The notes beneath the pieces were generated by a model. The model did not search any database and was not told the origin of the DNA. It saw only the letters and a program-made list of their open reading frames with translations. From the IMG/VR virus record IMGVR_UViG_3300032093_000012, positions 64,001 to 128,000 of that record: a DNA stretch of 64,000 nt; one strand, given 5' to 3'. Positions 39,811-48,916 of the stretch are shown one piece after another. How positions within the stretch are numbered: the first letter of the stretch is position 1; the number at the start of each line of letters is the position of its first letter. Origin of the DNA: a virus. A program made the translations under genes and the position numbers.

Positions 39811-40104
39811 GTGTTTCTGTGGATGGAACACGATACCGCCTGCAGGAACACAACTACGCAGAGCTCTGTTCCGCATACAGGAACACGCGATGTGACACGA
39901 GCATGACTTGGCAATCCCAGTGTTTCGCATGGAGGAACACCGTGATCAGCAGCACGCATGACTGGCCTCCGGAGGGTCCGGATCACCATTTATAGATCCA
40001 TTCTATCACATCAGTTTTTTTTGTACATAGCGCTTTAGTATAATGTACACGTGCTGTGGGATGTGGTATAATGAAATGAGGACATGTTTCGCATGGAGGA
40101 ACAC
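39811..40104. repeat. Palindromic 21-nt repeats (G)TGTTYC-N7-GGAACAC
   Basis: Copies at 39811-39831, 39866-39886, 39920-39940, 40084-40104, plus a half copy ending at 39851. Confidence 0.8.
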
Positions 40105-40262
40105 GGGATCTACCAACACTCCCAGCTCCCCGCTCTCCCCGGACTTCTATTATATCCTATCAAGTTTCCTGCCTATGTACACCGTTTTTTTTCGATTTTT
40201 TTTTCGAAATAAGCATGTACAATCCCGGTGAGCTTGATATAATGATCTTATCGAATGGAGGA

Positions 40263-43200
40263 ATGGTTATGCAGTTCACTCAGTCCCTCGCTTATACCCG
40301 CCTGCTGGCTAAGGGTGTGAAGATCATCGATTCCCGCTTCCGTCCTCTGGCTAAGCTGGATGATGATCGTCAGTTTGAGGCCATAATGGAGATCGCGATG
40401 GAAACGATCGACGAATCCACTTTCGATCTCACGTACTTCCTCCGTAGTGAAGCTGAAGATGAGCTCGACGAGATGGAATACGAACTTCACATGACCCTCC
40501 AGGCTGATCTCACCTCATATCTCGTCAATGAGATTCGCGAGATCACCCGCCTCAAAAAAGAGATCGTCTTCTAAAAAAAGCATGTACATGTCACCTGGAT
40601 GTGGTACATTTAGATAGTCAACTTGGAGAGAATCACATGAGCAAGTATCGTTCCTCGGCCTACGTGGCCACTGTGTATGACATCAATGATCCGCTCATTG
40701 CCGAGCAGAAGCGAATCGCACGTATCATCAATGCCAAGAAGCGAGTGTTCGAGTTGCAGGGTATTGGCAAGCAGGTGACGTATGGTGATCGCACCTACGT
40801 AGAACGCACGCGTGTCGTCGTTCGTCCTCGCCTTGGCAAGAACAATGTCCACGCACCACTCTATCGTCGTGGTGGAGCACTTAAGCGTATGAGTGCACAG
40901 ACGATTCGTCCTGAACATGGCACACGCTTCGACGTGTACATGTCACCTGCCTTGGTCCAACGTAAAAAAGTTTGAAATAAGCATGTACATATCACGGTGA
41001 CTGTGGTAGGATATATCATGGTCAAGGAGAGAGACATGATACTGATCGAACTGACACTGCCCACCTTCTGGGCGTCTTCGCTGGTCAACGGTGACGACAC
41101 CGGTCTAGATGACGAAGATCAAGCCCAGCTGGATGCCTTCATCGATGACATGGTCAACCAGTATGGCAAGTGCTGGTGCCTCGGCATCAAGGACGGCGAT
41201 GAGCCTGTCTTCACCTCGTACCACGACGCCAATGCATTCGGTGTCCTGGCCTGTGACTGCGCAATCTTCGTATTTGAGGGCTGAACCATGCAAGCTGAAC
41301 AACTCCACCTCGAGAACCTCCCATTGGCCGATGCACAGGCAAAGGCCATTGCCATCCTGAAGGACACCAAGACGAAACAGGCAAAAGTTAACAACCTGGT
41401 CCGAGACGTCCAGCGTGCCCGGTCCTCCCGCGAGGTCCAGCGCATCATGTGGAACACCCTGCTGGCAGGCACCGGCTTTGGCACGGTGGACAGCCCCTGG
41501 CAACAATTTCACAAAATGACGTAAAAAACGCGAAATAAGCATGTACAAGCATGCAGGACTTGATAAGATCAGATAGTAAGCAAATGGAGTACACACGATG
41601 AGCACCTCAGATATCATGATTGTCCTGGCCCCGTTCGCGATCCTGTGGTCGGTCATGGCCATCGGGTTCCTCATCGTCCACATCTTTGAAGTGAAAGGAA
41701 ACTAAGTCATGACTACTGCGACTGTTGAAGCCATCAAGGCCAAGAACCTCGACACCATGCGTGCTGTCACCCAGATGCTCAAGGACGAGCAGCGCGCCCC
41801 TAAGCGTTCCACCAAGGAAGTCCCTGCTGCCAAGCTCCTGAAGGAAGTTGGTGTCAAGGTGCCCAAGCAGGCAGGTAAGGAAACGAAGCTGGCCTGTTCC
41901 CTGCGCTTGATCGAGACCTACAAGGTCCGTGATGAGTTTGTCAAGATGCTGCAGGGCCACTTCCCGGATCTGTCCGAGTTCAATGCCCGCTGCTACTTCA
42001 ATAAGGTTCGTCAGGGGTGATCCCTCTCCTCCGTATACCCTGACGCTTGTTGGGGCCGGTTGCCTTAGCGCGCTGGCCCCACTTTTTTCGAAAATAAGCA
42101 TGTACAACCCCTCTGGATATGGTATTCTAGATTATACCAAGGAGAGAGCACCATGTACACCGTTGACCAGATCCGCACCATCCTGGACGAGCTTGAGTCC
42201 AACTACTCGATGGCTATGGACTTCCAAGCCTATCCCCTGGCTAATCACCTCCTGAAGCAGATCGATGCCCTCCGGGATGAGTTGGTTGGCCTGATCATGG
42301 CCGAGGATCCTTATACGTCTGAGGCTGATGTCCGCTACTTCGAGGGGTTCTGAGATGCAGGTAATAGCCAACTGCCAGGCCGGTGGCCACAAGACCGGCG
42401 AGCTCAATGACATCACGGTCGAGGAGATCAGCGCCACCCTGGGCTTCGAGCCTAACGTGGATGATGATCCCTGTAAAGTGGTCAATTCCTGGGGCTTCAC
42501 CGTCGATGGCCATGACTGTGGCATCTGGGACTATAAGGGCTCTCACAAGATCGGCATGTTCTCCACCTTCGGTCCGGACTACGTCTTCCGCGCACTGTTC
42601 TCACCATACTACAGCCGCTGATTCCTGTACATTATACTAAAGCACTATGTACAAGGCACGTGACTGTGGTAGGATTAGATATCAAAAGGAGAGACTAACA
42701 TGCAAGCACAGACCTACAGCATCATCGAAGCAGTCCAGGACTTTGGTCCGATCGTCCACGTGGACGAGGATCTTGGCTTCATCTTCTGCTGGAACCGCAA
42801 CCACACCTTCAATGTCCTGACCAAGTTCAATGATCGTTATCAGGTGGTTGACGCTTTCCAGAACTACGACGTCGAACGCACAGATTCGCTGACCAAAGTG
42901 ATTAGCAAGTGCGAGTGCTATTGCATCAATCTCCATGACGAGCTCAACGAGGAGTATGCTTAATGTCCAAGCTGTCTCAATTCATCGTCAAGCACAACGT
43001 CGAGGATGGCTACTCTGTGGCCTTTGCTGTGGAACGCATTGCCATCTTCCTTCGTTGTTCAGAGGACGAGATCCTCTCTGGTGCTCTTAATGACACCAAG
43101 GCTGCACAGTATCTTCTTAACCTTTCTCGGAGACTCGCTAATGTCTAAGAACCTCGAACTGGCGAAAGCCATCCGCCACGGCCTCTTCGCAGACCGCGCC

Positions 43201-43606
43201 ACTGTCAAGGAAGCATTTGATTATGCCTTTGACGTCATCTCCCGCCTCCCTTCTTCTGAGCAGATCGCTGCCACGACAGCCATGTACGTCGTCCTCAACA
43301 CGATCTCCAAAGAGATTGAGAAGAACGAAGCGGCTGCAGAGGAATACCCTGCAGGCGGCGGCATCGAGAAGGCCTTTGCCACAGGCGACCACTCTCCCAA
43401 GAACGTCTGGCCATAAGGATAACACCATGTCTGAGACACTGACTCCTACATCATGGACCATCATCGTCCGCAAGGGCTCCATTGGTGGCAACCTCATCAT
43501 CCTCAAAGAGGAATACACCGACTATGACGCTGTCATGACCCGCCTTGACGAGGTCGAGCGCAACTACGGTAGCCGCTACTGGATCGACCTACGCACCCAC
43601 TACTAG
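40263..43606 (+). CDS. Cluster of small GC-rich early hypothetical genes (40263..40574, 40637..40975, 41036..41284, 41288..41524, 41598..41705, 41709..42020, 42153..42353, 42355..42621, 42700..42963, 42963..43148, 43141..43416, 43427..43606)
   Basis: Most have GGAG/AGGA-type RBSs, many behind a TGTACA promoter; C-ending codon bias. Confidence 0.65.
42051..42088 (+). terminator. Rho-independent terminator
   Basis: TGGGGCCGG...CTGGCCCCA followed by CTTTTTT. Confidence 0.7.
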
Positions 43607-43798
43607 GACTAGCCTAGAGCAGGACCAGTGACTATGGTAAGCTCTAGGTACCCTTTTACTATACTGGATCTAGTACGTCGGTCTCCTATTAATAGACTTT
43701 GCGTTCCCTCACTTTGAAAATTTTTTCTGGAAATTTTTTTAGCTCTCCACGGTCATATAGCTGTTTACATCTGTCCTCATCTGGGGTATAATGATTTC

Positions 43799-44777
43799 AT
43801 GATCAAACATATTACTGATAAAGACAACTACTGGGTACGAGTTACCTGGCGTAAGACTGTGGTACCTTACGGTCCCCGTAAGGTACAGACTATTACCAAC
43901 CTGAGTAGGGATAGAGCTTCTCAGTTGTACCGTAGGTATGACTATGAGATGGAAATCCTTGACATCTACAAGGTGGAGATGGGTCGAGGATGAGTAAGTA
44001 TCGTTTAGAGGTATCTCATTGGACCCGTAGCCGTGATGGGGATGATTGGGTTGACTCAGAGTATTGGGTTAACTTTCAGTCTCTATCAGAGGGCATGGAG
44101 CGTATTGAGAGGATCTCCGATCCCTTGAACAGGAGTCTTATAGAGGTACGTCTCTACAACATGACTGATAGTAAGGACCTCGTTTACAGGAAAGACTTTA
44201 TCTCAGGGAAGGTGGAGGATTATACTACTATCCCTGATTTCGATTATCACAACAAGGAGTATGACAATGGTAAGTAAAGCAGCAGAATACACTAAGACTA
44301 CAGATACTAAAGAGAAGAAGCCGGGCCGGTACGTGTTCTACGTGAACGTAGATCAGTACTGCAAGCAGGGTTGGTTGAACCAGATCTTCATGTCCGAGTC
44401 GCGCAGCGAGAAGCTGCTGCGTATCAAGGCTGAGATCGCTCGCTCAGGTTTCTTCAAGCCAGATGAGGAAGTCCTCATCGTCCCCTCTAACGGCACCCAT
44501 CTCGAGAAGCTCTGGGAAGAGTAAGATCTCTCTGGAAATCTAGAAAAATGTGCCGTAATAGGATAGAGAAATGACAGACGTACTAGATGAACTGACACAG
44601 GCATATAGCTTTACCAGAGATGAACTTCTTGGTAAAGCTATCGACGAGATCGCTCAACAACGTAGACACATCGAGAACCTCTCTCGAGAACACTCAGACC
44701 TACGACATGAGAATCAGATCCTCGTAGAGATCAATCGAGACCTACACTGGAAAATGGAATATGAGAGGAAACACTAA
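43799..44777 (+). CDS. Small hypothetical genes (43799..43993, 43990..44277, 44261..44524, 44571..44777)
   Basis: Behind a GTTTACA...TATAAT promoter at ~43763-43792. Confidence 0.6.
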
Positions 44778-45235
44778 TGTCCGATGCATTTACACAGGAA
44801 GAAGCATGGATCTTCGACATGGATGGTACACTCGCTAACTCTAAATGGCGACAACACCACCTCATGGGCATCAAGAAAGACTGGAAAAGCTGGAATACCG
44901 GCATGATCCACGACCTGCCAAATCATGAGATCATCCAGTTTACTCATATCGCTAAGGAAAAAAACATCGCTGTCATAGTCTGTACAGGCCGAGAGGATAC
45001 ATACAGAAAAGACACCGAAGATTGGCTCAAGATGCACTGCGTTTCCTACGATATGCTCTTCATGCGAAAGGCAAAAGACTATCGCAAGGATCAATTCATC
45101 AAGAAAGAAATGCTCGAGACTATCAAGTTTCTTAACTACAACCCTACACTCTCTTTCGACGATCGCGACCGAGTGGTCAAGATGTGGCGAGAAGAAGGTA
45201 TCCGATGCTTTCAGGTCGACTACGGCGACTTTTAA
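44777..45235 (+). CDS. HAD-family phosphatase (PseT 3'-phosphatase-like domain)
   Basis: IFDMDGTLA, CTGR, LFMR...DYRKD..IK, FDDRDRVV.MWR..G. Confidence 0.88.
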   Translation: MSDAFTQEEAWIFDMDGTLANSKWRQHHLMGIKKDWKSWNTGMIHDLPNHEIIQFTHIAKEKNIAVIVCTGREDTYRKDTEDWLKMHCVSYDMLFMRKAKDYRKDQFIKKEMLETIKFLNYNPTLSFDDRDRVVKMWREEGIRCFQVDYGDF

Positions 45236-45252
45236 CATAGAAAGGTGATAAT

Positions 45253-45736
45253 ATGCATATCAATGCCAACATCAGCGTAGAACTAGACGAAGATCAGGCT
45301 GACGAAGTCCTGCTTAACATCCTCAAGAGGGACTACGTACGTCTCTACGACGAACGTCAAGATCTCATGCAACGCGTCAATGAGCTTGCAGAGTACGAAA
45401 AAGAAGACCTTGAGCACATTAATGGCTACATAGTCGCTATCGAGACCCTCCTGAAGTACTACATGTACGTCGGAGACGCTGAAGAGTTCATTCGAGGCGT
45501 AAAAGGGGTTTACATCTCTGAATAACCGTGGTATAAAGAGTCTGTAAGTCACAAGGAGACACAAGATGAACGTGTATATCCAGTATCAAGACGTTACAGG
45601 CTCATGGTACCAAGTCATGGTCACAGAAAATGAGGGCCCTCGTATCCTCATGGCCATGAAGACAGTATCCAGCCAGTATCCTGGCTCACGTGTTCGTGCC
45701 GTTGATGAAAACGGGCGAGTAGTTGACATCCTCTAA
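45253..45736 (+). CDS. Two hypothetical proteins (45253..45525, 45566..45736)
   Basis: RBS and GTTTACA promoter; the second was translated manually. Confidence 0.55.
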
Positions 45737-45817
45737 AAAAAGTTGTTGACAAATTTTCATCGTTGTAGTACTATCTAAACAGTGGCAGTGAGCCACACAA
45801 CTAGGAGAATATACATT

Positions 45818-46087
45818 ATGCGTAATACTCAGTCTACCAAGCTCGTCACCGCTCTCGAGAAGGGTGAAGAGCTCACTGCCAAGCAGATCTCTGCTCGGTT
45901 CAACATCGCTAACCCTACCGCAGTCATCGCTAACCTTCGTTCCGAGGGTCATGTGATCTACACCAATACCCGCAAGAATCACCGCGGCGAAACGGTCTCT
46001 AAGTACCGTATCGGCAAGCCCACTAAGCGTCTCGTCGCCGCTGGTCTCGCTCTTCTCGGTGTCCAGGGTGCAGGACTCGTCAACTAA
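45818..46087 (+). CDS. Winged-HTH DNA-binding protein
   Basis: LTAKQISARFNIANPTAVIANLRSEG..IY...YRIGKP; TTGACA promoter and AGGAG RBS. Confidence 0.75.
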   Translation: MRNTQSTKLVTALEKGEELTAKQISARFNIANPTAVIANLRSEGHVIYTNTRKNHRGETVSKYRIGKPTKRLVAAGLALLGVQGAGLVN

Positions 46088-46345
46088 AAAATAATGTCTA
46101 ATAGTTGACAGTTTTACAACTCTGGTGTATAAATAAAGTGATTCCAGAGTTGTAATACTCTCGCTGTTTGACATTGTTGGTAAGAATGTTGAGACAATCG
46201 AAAGGTTGTCTCTTCACGGATGCATCAGAACCCGAAGTGTGTGCACAATATTAACATAGAGGTAGGCTACTCAGCCCGTCTAAGTCGGCCGTAATTGACG
46301 GTGGTATTAGTAGTTAGATAGCTGGTGCATCTTTGTAGAGACAAT

Positions 46346-46422
46346 GGACCCTTAGCTCATTTGGTTAGAGTAGCGGTCTTTTAAACCGTTGGTACTGGGT
46401 TCGAATCCCAGAGGGTCTACCA
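46346..46422 (+). tRNA. tRNA-Lys(TTT)
   Basis: GCGGT-CTTTTAA-ACCGT; CCA. Confidence 0.92.
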
Positions 46423-46439
46423 TAATATGGAGAAGTGTA

Positions 46440-46673
46440 ATGAAGAAGATCTTTTTAGCAAGCGCATGTGGATTATTTTTGGCCGGTTGCAATGCAACTG
46501 TCTATGATAGTCGTCCATCAGTGTATGTTCCTCGGCCGGCAGTAGTCGTACCACCGGTGTATGCACCGTTGCCACCGCCGCGTCCTTACTATGTTCGTCA
46601 ACCTCGTAGAGAGTGTTTTACGACATGGGACCGTACTCCTTATGGGCTGCGCGAGCGAGTTGTCTGTCGTTAA
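46440..46673 (+). CDS. Small Pro-rich lipoprotein
   Basis: Lipobox LAGC; GGAG RBS. Confidence 0.7.
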   Translation: MKKIFLASACGLFLAGCNATVYDSRPSVYVPRPAVVVPPVYAPLPPPRPYYVRQPRRECFTTWDRTPYGLRERVVCR

Positions 46674-46679
46674 AAGTTT

Positions 46680-46769
46680 GGAAGGGTGGCCGAGTGGTTT
46701 AAGGCTCCAGTCTTGAAAACTGGCGTAGGCGCAAGTCTACCGTGAGTTCGAATCTCACCTCTTCCGCCA
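46680..46769 (+). tRNA. tRNA-Ser(TGA)
   Basis: CCAGT-CTTGAAA-ACTGG, long variable arm. Confidence 0.93.
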
Positions 46770-46774
46770 AATAA

Positions 46775-46852
46775 CCCGTGTTAGTGTAGCGATCAAACAT
46801 ACCCGCCTTTCAAGCGTGGAGATCATGGGTTTGAATCCCATACGCGGGACCA
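46775..46852 (+). tRNA. tRNA-Glu(TTC), atypical
   Basis: CTTTCAA loop, one anticodon-stem mismatch, T-loop TTTGAAT, CCA. Confidence 0.75.
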
Positions 46853-46856
46853 ATAC

Positions 46857-46932
46857 GGACCGTTAGCTGAGTTGGTTTTAGCAGGAGACTCTTAATCTCT
46901 TGACGGGGGTTCGAATCCCTCACGGTCTACCA
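46857..46932 (+). tRNA. tRNA-Lys(CTT)
   Basis: GGAGA-CTCTTAA-TCTCT. Confidence 0.9.
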
Positions 46933-46942
46933 AAAAGTTTAT

Positions 46943-47019
46943 TCGCTTGAACCCGAATGGGTATCGGGACCTGACTGTTAATCAGGCCACTGTAGGTTCG
47001 AATCCTACCAAGCGAGCCA
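46943..47019 (+). tRNA. tRNA-Asn(GTT)
   Basis: CCTGA-CTGTTAA-TCAGG. Confidence 0.88.
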
Positions 47020-47102
47020 AATTTGAAGTGTCGGCTTATAGCACTATAAATAAACCGATATATCATCACCGAGTGTTAGTGATGACGCTTCAAGCCAATT
47101 AT

Positions 47103-47177
<75 letters not shown>

Positions 47178-47190
47178 TTTTATAGGATAT

Positions 47191-47358
47191 ATGATGAATG
47201 AGTTTGTGATTGAAGTTGGTGATAAGCGTTTGCAAGTTCATGCAAACAATATGATTGAAGCTATTTACATAGCTAGATCATACAACCAAAAGCGACAAAC
47301 TTATAGAGTAACAGATACAAAGACTGGAAAAACCGTAACAGGTATTCCACTTGATTAG
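47191..47358 (+). CDS. Small hypothetical protein within the tRNA cluster
   Basis: Manual translation MMNEFVIEVGDK...GIPLD; AGGA RBS. Confidence 0.5.
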   Translation: MMNEFVIEVGDKRLQVHANNMIEAIYIARSYNQKRQTYRVTDTKTGKTVTGIPLD

Positions 47359-47361
47359 TTC

Positions 47362-47437
47362 GGGGCCATAGCTCAGCTGGGAGAGCGCTTGATTTGCATT
47401 CAAGAGGTCTGCGGTTCGATCCCGCATGGCTCCACCA
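47362..47437 (+). tRNA. tRNA-Ala(TGC)
   Basis: CTTGA-TTTGCAT-TCAAG; G3:U70. Confidence 0.95.
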
Positions 47438-47497
47438 ATAACGGTTAGTCGCGATAAATAGACTCGCGTGGGCCCACGGTTAGCCCATAACAGTTTC

Positions 47498-47573
<76 letters not shown>

Positions 47574-47579
47574 TATTGA

Positions 47580-47654
47580 CGCAGAGTGGAGCAGTAGTAG
47601 CTCGTTTGGTTCATACCCAAAAGGCCGGTGGTGCAATTCCATCCTCTGCAACCA
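47580..47654 (+). tRNA. tRNA-Met(CAT), initiator-like
   Basis: C1:A72 mismatch; TTTGG-TTCATAC-CCAAA. Confidence 0.8.
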
Positions 47655-47657
47655 ATT

Positions 47658-47808
47658 CACAGGGATGGGTTCCTGTGCGTCACCAACATCACCGATCGCA
47701 CGGTCTGATGTTGGGTATAGTGACCAGCCACTGAGGTCTGGAGTGTGCGATCGTCTAACCCATAAAATCTGACACGCGAAAAGGTGTCGCTGGATGGCAG
47801 TAACCAGC
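47658..47808 (+). ncRNA. Candidate double-pseudoknot ncRNA
   Basis: Five stems plus two loop-to-downstream complementarities (see findings). Confidence 0.65.
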
Positions 47809-47863
47809 TATGTTATAAAACGGCTAATAGTAGCAAATATTAGTAGCCGTTTCATAACATATT

Positions 47864-47940
47864 GGCCTCGTAGCTCAGTTGGTTAGAGTGCCAGCCTGTC
47901 ACGCTGGAAGTCGCCGGTTCGAGCCCGGTCGAGGTCGCCA
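47864..47940 (+). tRNA. tRNA-Asp(GTC)
   Basis: CCAGC-CTGTCAC-GCTGG. Confidence 0.95.
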
Positions 47941-47941
47941 T

Positions 47942-48017
47942 TCCGGAATAGTTCAGCTGGTAGAACATCAGACTCTGAATCTGAGTGTCGGTGGTTCGAA
48001 TCCATCTTCCGGATCCA
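47942..48017 (+). tRNA. tRNA-Gln(CTG)
   Basis: TCAGA-CTCTGAA-TCTGA. Confidence 0.92.
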
Positions 48018-48022
48018 AGCTT

Positions 48023-48099
48023 GGGGAAGTGCGCTGGAGAGGCAACAGCAGGGTCTGCAAAACCTTCGAATGTCGGTTCGAATCCGATCTTCCCTTCCA
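48023..48099 (+). tRNA. tRNA-Cys(GCA)
   Basis: AGGGT-CTGCAAA-ACCTT; U73. Confidence 0.85.
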
Positions 48100-48100
48100 T

Positions 48101-48177
48101 GTCTCGTTAGCTCAACTGAATAGAGCGTCGGTCTACGGAACCGAAGGTTGAGGGTTTGATTCCTTCACGGGACTCCA
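48101..48177 (+). tRNA. tRNA-Arg(ACG)
   Basis: TCGGT-CTACGGA-ACCGA. Confidence 0.9.
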
Positions 48178-48180
48178 TTT

Positions 48181-48255
48181 GCGGGTGTAGCTCAGTGGTA
48201 GAGCGTCACGTTGCCAACGTGAATGTCGTGGGTTCGACCCCCATTGCCCGCTCCA
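48181..48255 (+). tRNA. tRNA-Gly(GCC)
   Basis: TCACG-TTGCCAA-CGTGA; U73. Confidence 0.94.
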
Positions 48256-48260
48256 ATAAT

Positions 48261-48337
48261 GCGCGTGTGACGGAATTGGTATACGTATTAGTCTTAGAAA
48301 CTAAGTTTTGCAGGTTCAAGTCCTGCCATGCGCACCA
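48261..48337 (+). tRNA. tRNA-Leu(TAG) with short variable loop
   Basis: TTAGT-CTTAGAA-ACTAA; only ~5-nt variable region. Confidence 0.85.
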
Positions 48338-48343
48338 TAAATT

Positions 48344-48897
48344 AGGTTCACTACAGCATATAGACATGATAATAGGAAAGTTCCGGTGTACAATTCCGGA
48401 GGACCTAAGGGTCTTAGTGTAATAGGCTAGCACGTCCTAACCTAAGTGTGAACCTGCATAGTTTTAGGCTATCTACAGCATATCTTTCGCCTTGTAAGCC
48501 GTAGGTCGTTGGTTCGAATCCAACTAGGAGCTCTTTGCTTCTATAGCTCAGCGGATAGAGCAACGTAAATGCATAGCCTGTTGAAAATAAATGTTTACTT
48601 AATAAATCTTTATGGTATTATCAAGTTATAGAGTTTAAGGATCCGTACAGCATACTCGCCGTAAGGCACTTTTATTGGAAAAAGCAAAGGGATCCTGTTG
48701 AGTTTAAGATTGACCATACCGCAAAACATTTGACTCTTAGAGTCTTACAGCACTGATACAACTTTGCGAAGTTGTTATCCACGTGGATAGTTTCGAGGGT
48801 ACACCACGTTAAAAAAGGAAAGTAGAAGTCAATCTGTTGAGTTTAGATTCAGTTCCGCATACATTACAGTCTCGAAAAACTGACAAAGTTGAATCTG
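48344..48897 (+). ncRNA. Array of five Y-RNA-like stem-closed RNA cassettes; the first two contain permuted tRNA-like domains
   Basis: Units 48344-48456, 48466-48580, 48638-48697, 48707-48836, 48845-48897 share AGR-stem...(A/T)C(A/C)GCA...stem-CTG(TTGA). Confidence 0.75.
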
Positions 48898-48916
48898 TTG
48901 AAAAGGAGAAAGTGAA

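Larger units (their letters stand above)
34561..42680. promoter_or_regulatory. Family of phage early promoters AAATAAGCA-TGTACA-N16/17-TA(T/G/A)(A/G)AT
   Basis: TGTACA boxes leftward at 34561, 39221, 40022, 40176 and rightward at 40044, 40216, 40583, 40984, 41542, 42101, 42648; each has a TGN-TAnnnT -10, most precede a gene start. Confidence 0.8.

Noticed and set aside
39811-39940. Canonical CRISPR array
   Set aside because: Only three degenerate 21-nt repeats, one spacer contains a half repeat, and there are no cas genes. Kept only as an unexplained mini-array.
39392-39995. ORFs 39392..39895, 39694..39930, 39783..39995, 39804..39989
   Set aside because: Derived from repeats, with non-ATG starts, no RBS and implausible composition
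42626-42643. loxP- or dif-like site (TACATTATAC-AAG)
   Set aside because: Only a short partial match without the paired inverted arms; explained by promoter elements
47440-47495. Small hairpins between tRNA-Ala and tRNA-Thr as a riboswitch
   Set aside because: Two 5-bp stems only, no recognisable aptamer and no downstream CDS
48344-48897. CRISPR array or ordinary tRNA genes
   Set aside because: Unit lengths vary from 53 to 130 nt and stems covary rather than repeat. The tRNA arms are in permuted order with no CCA end.
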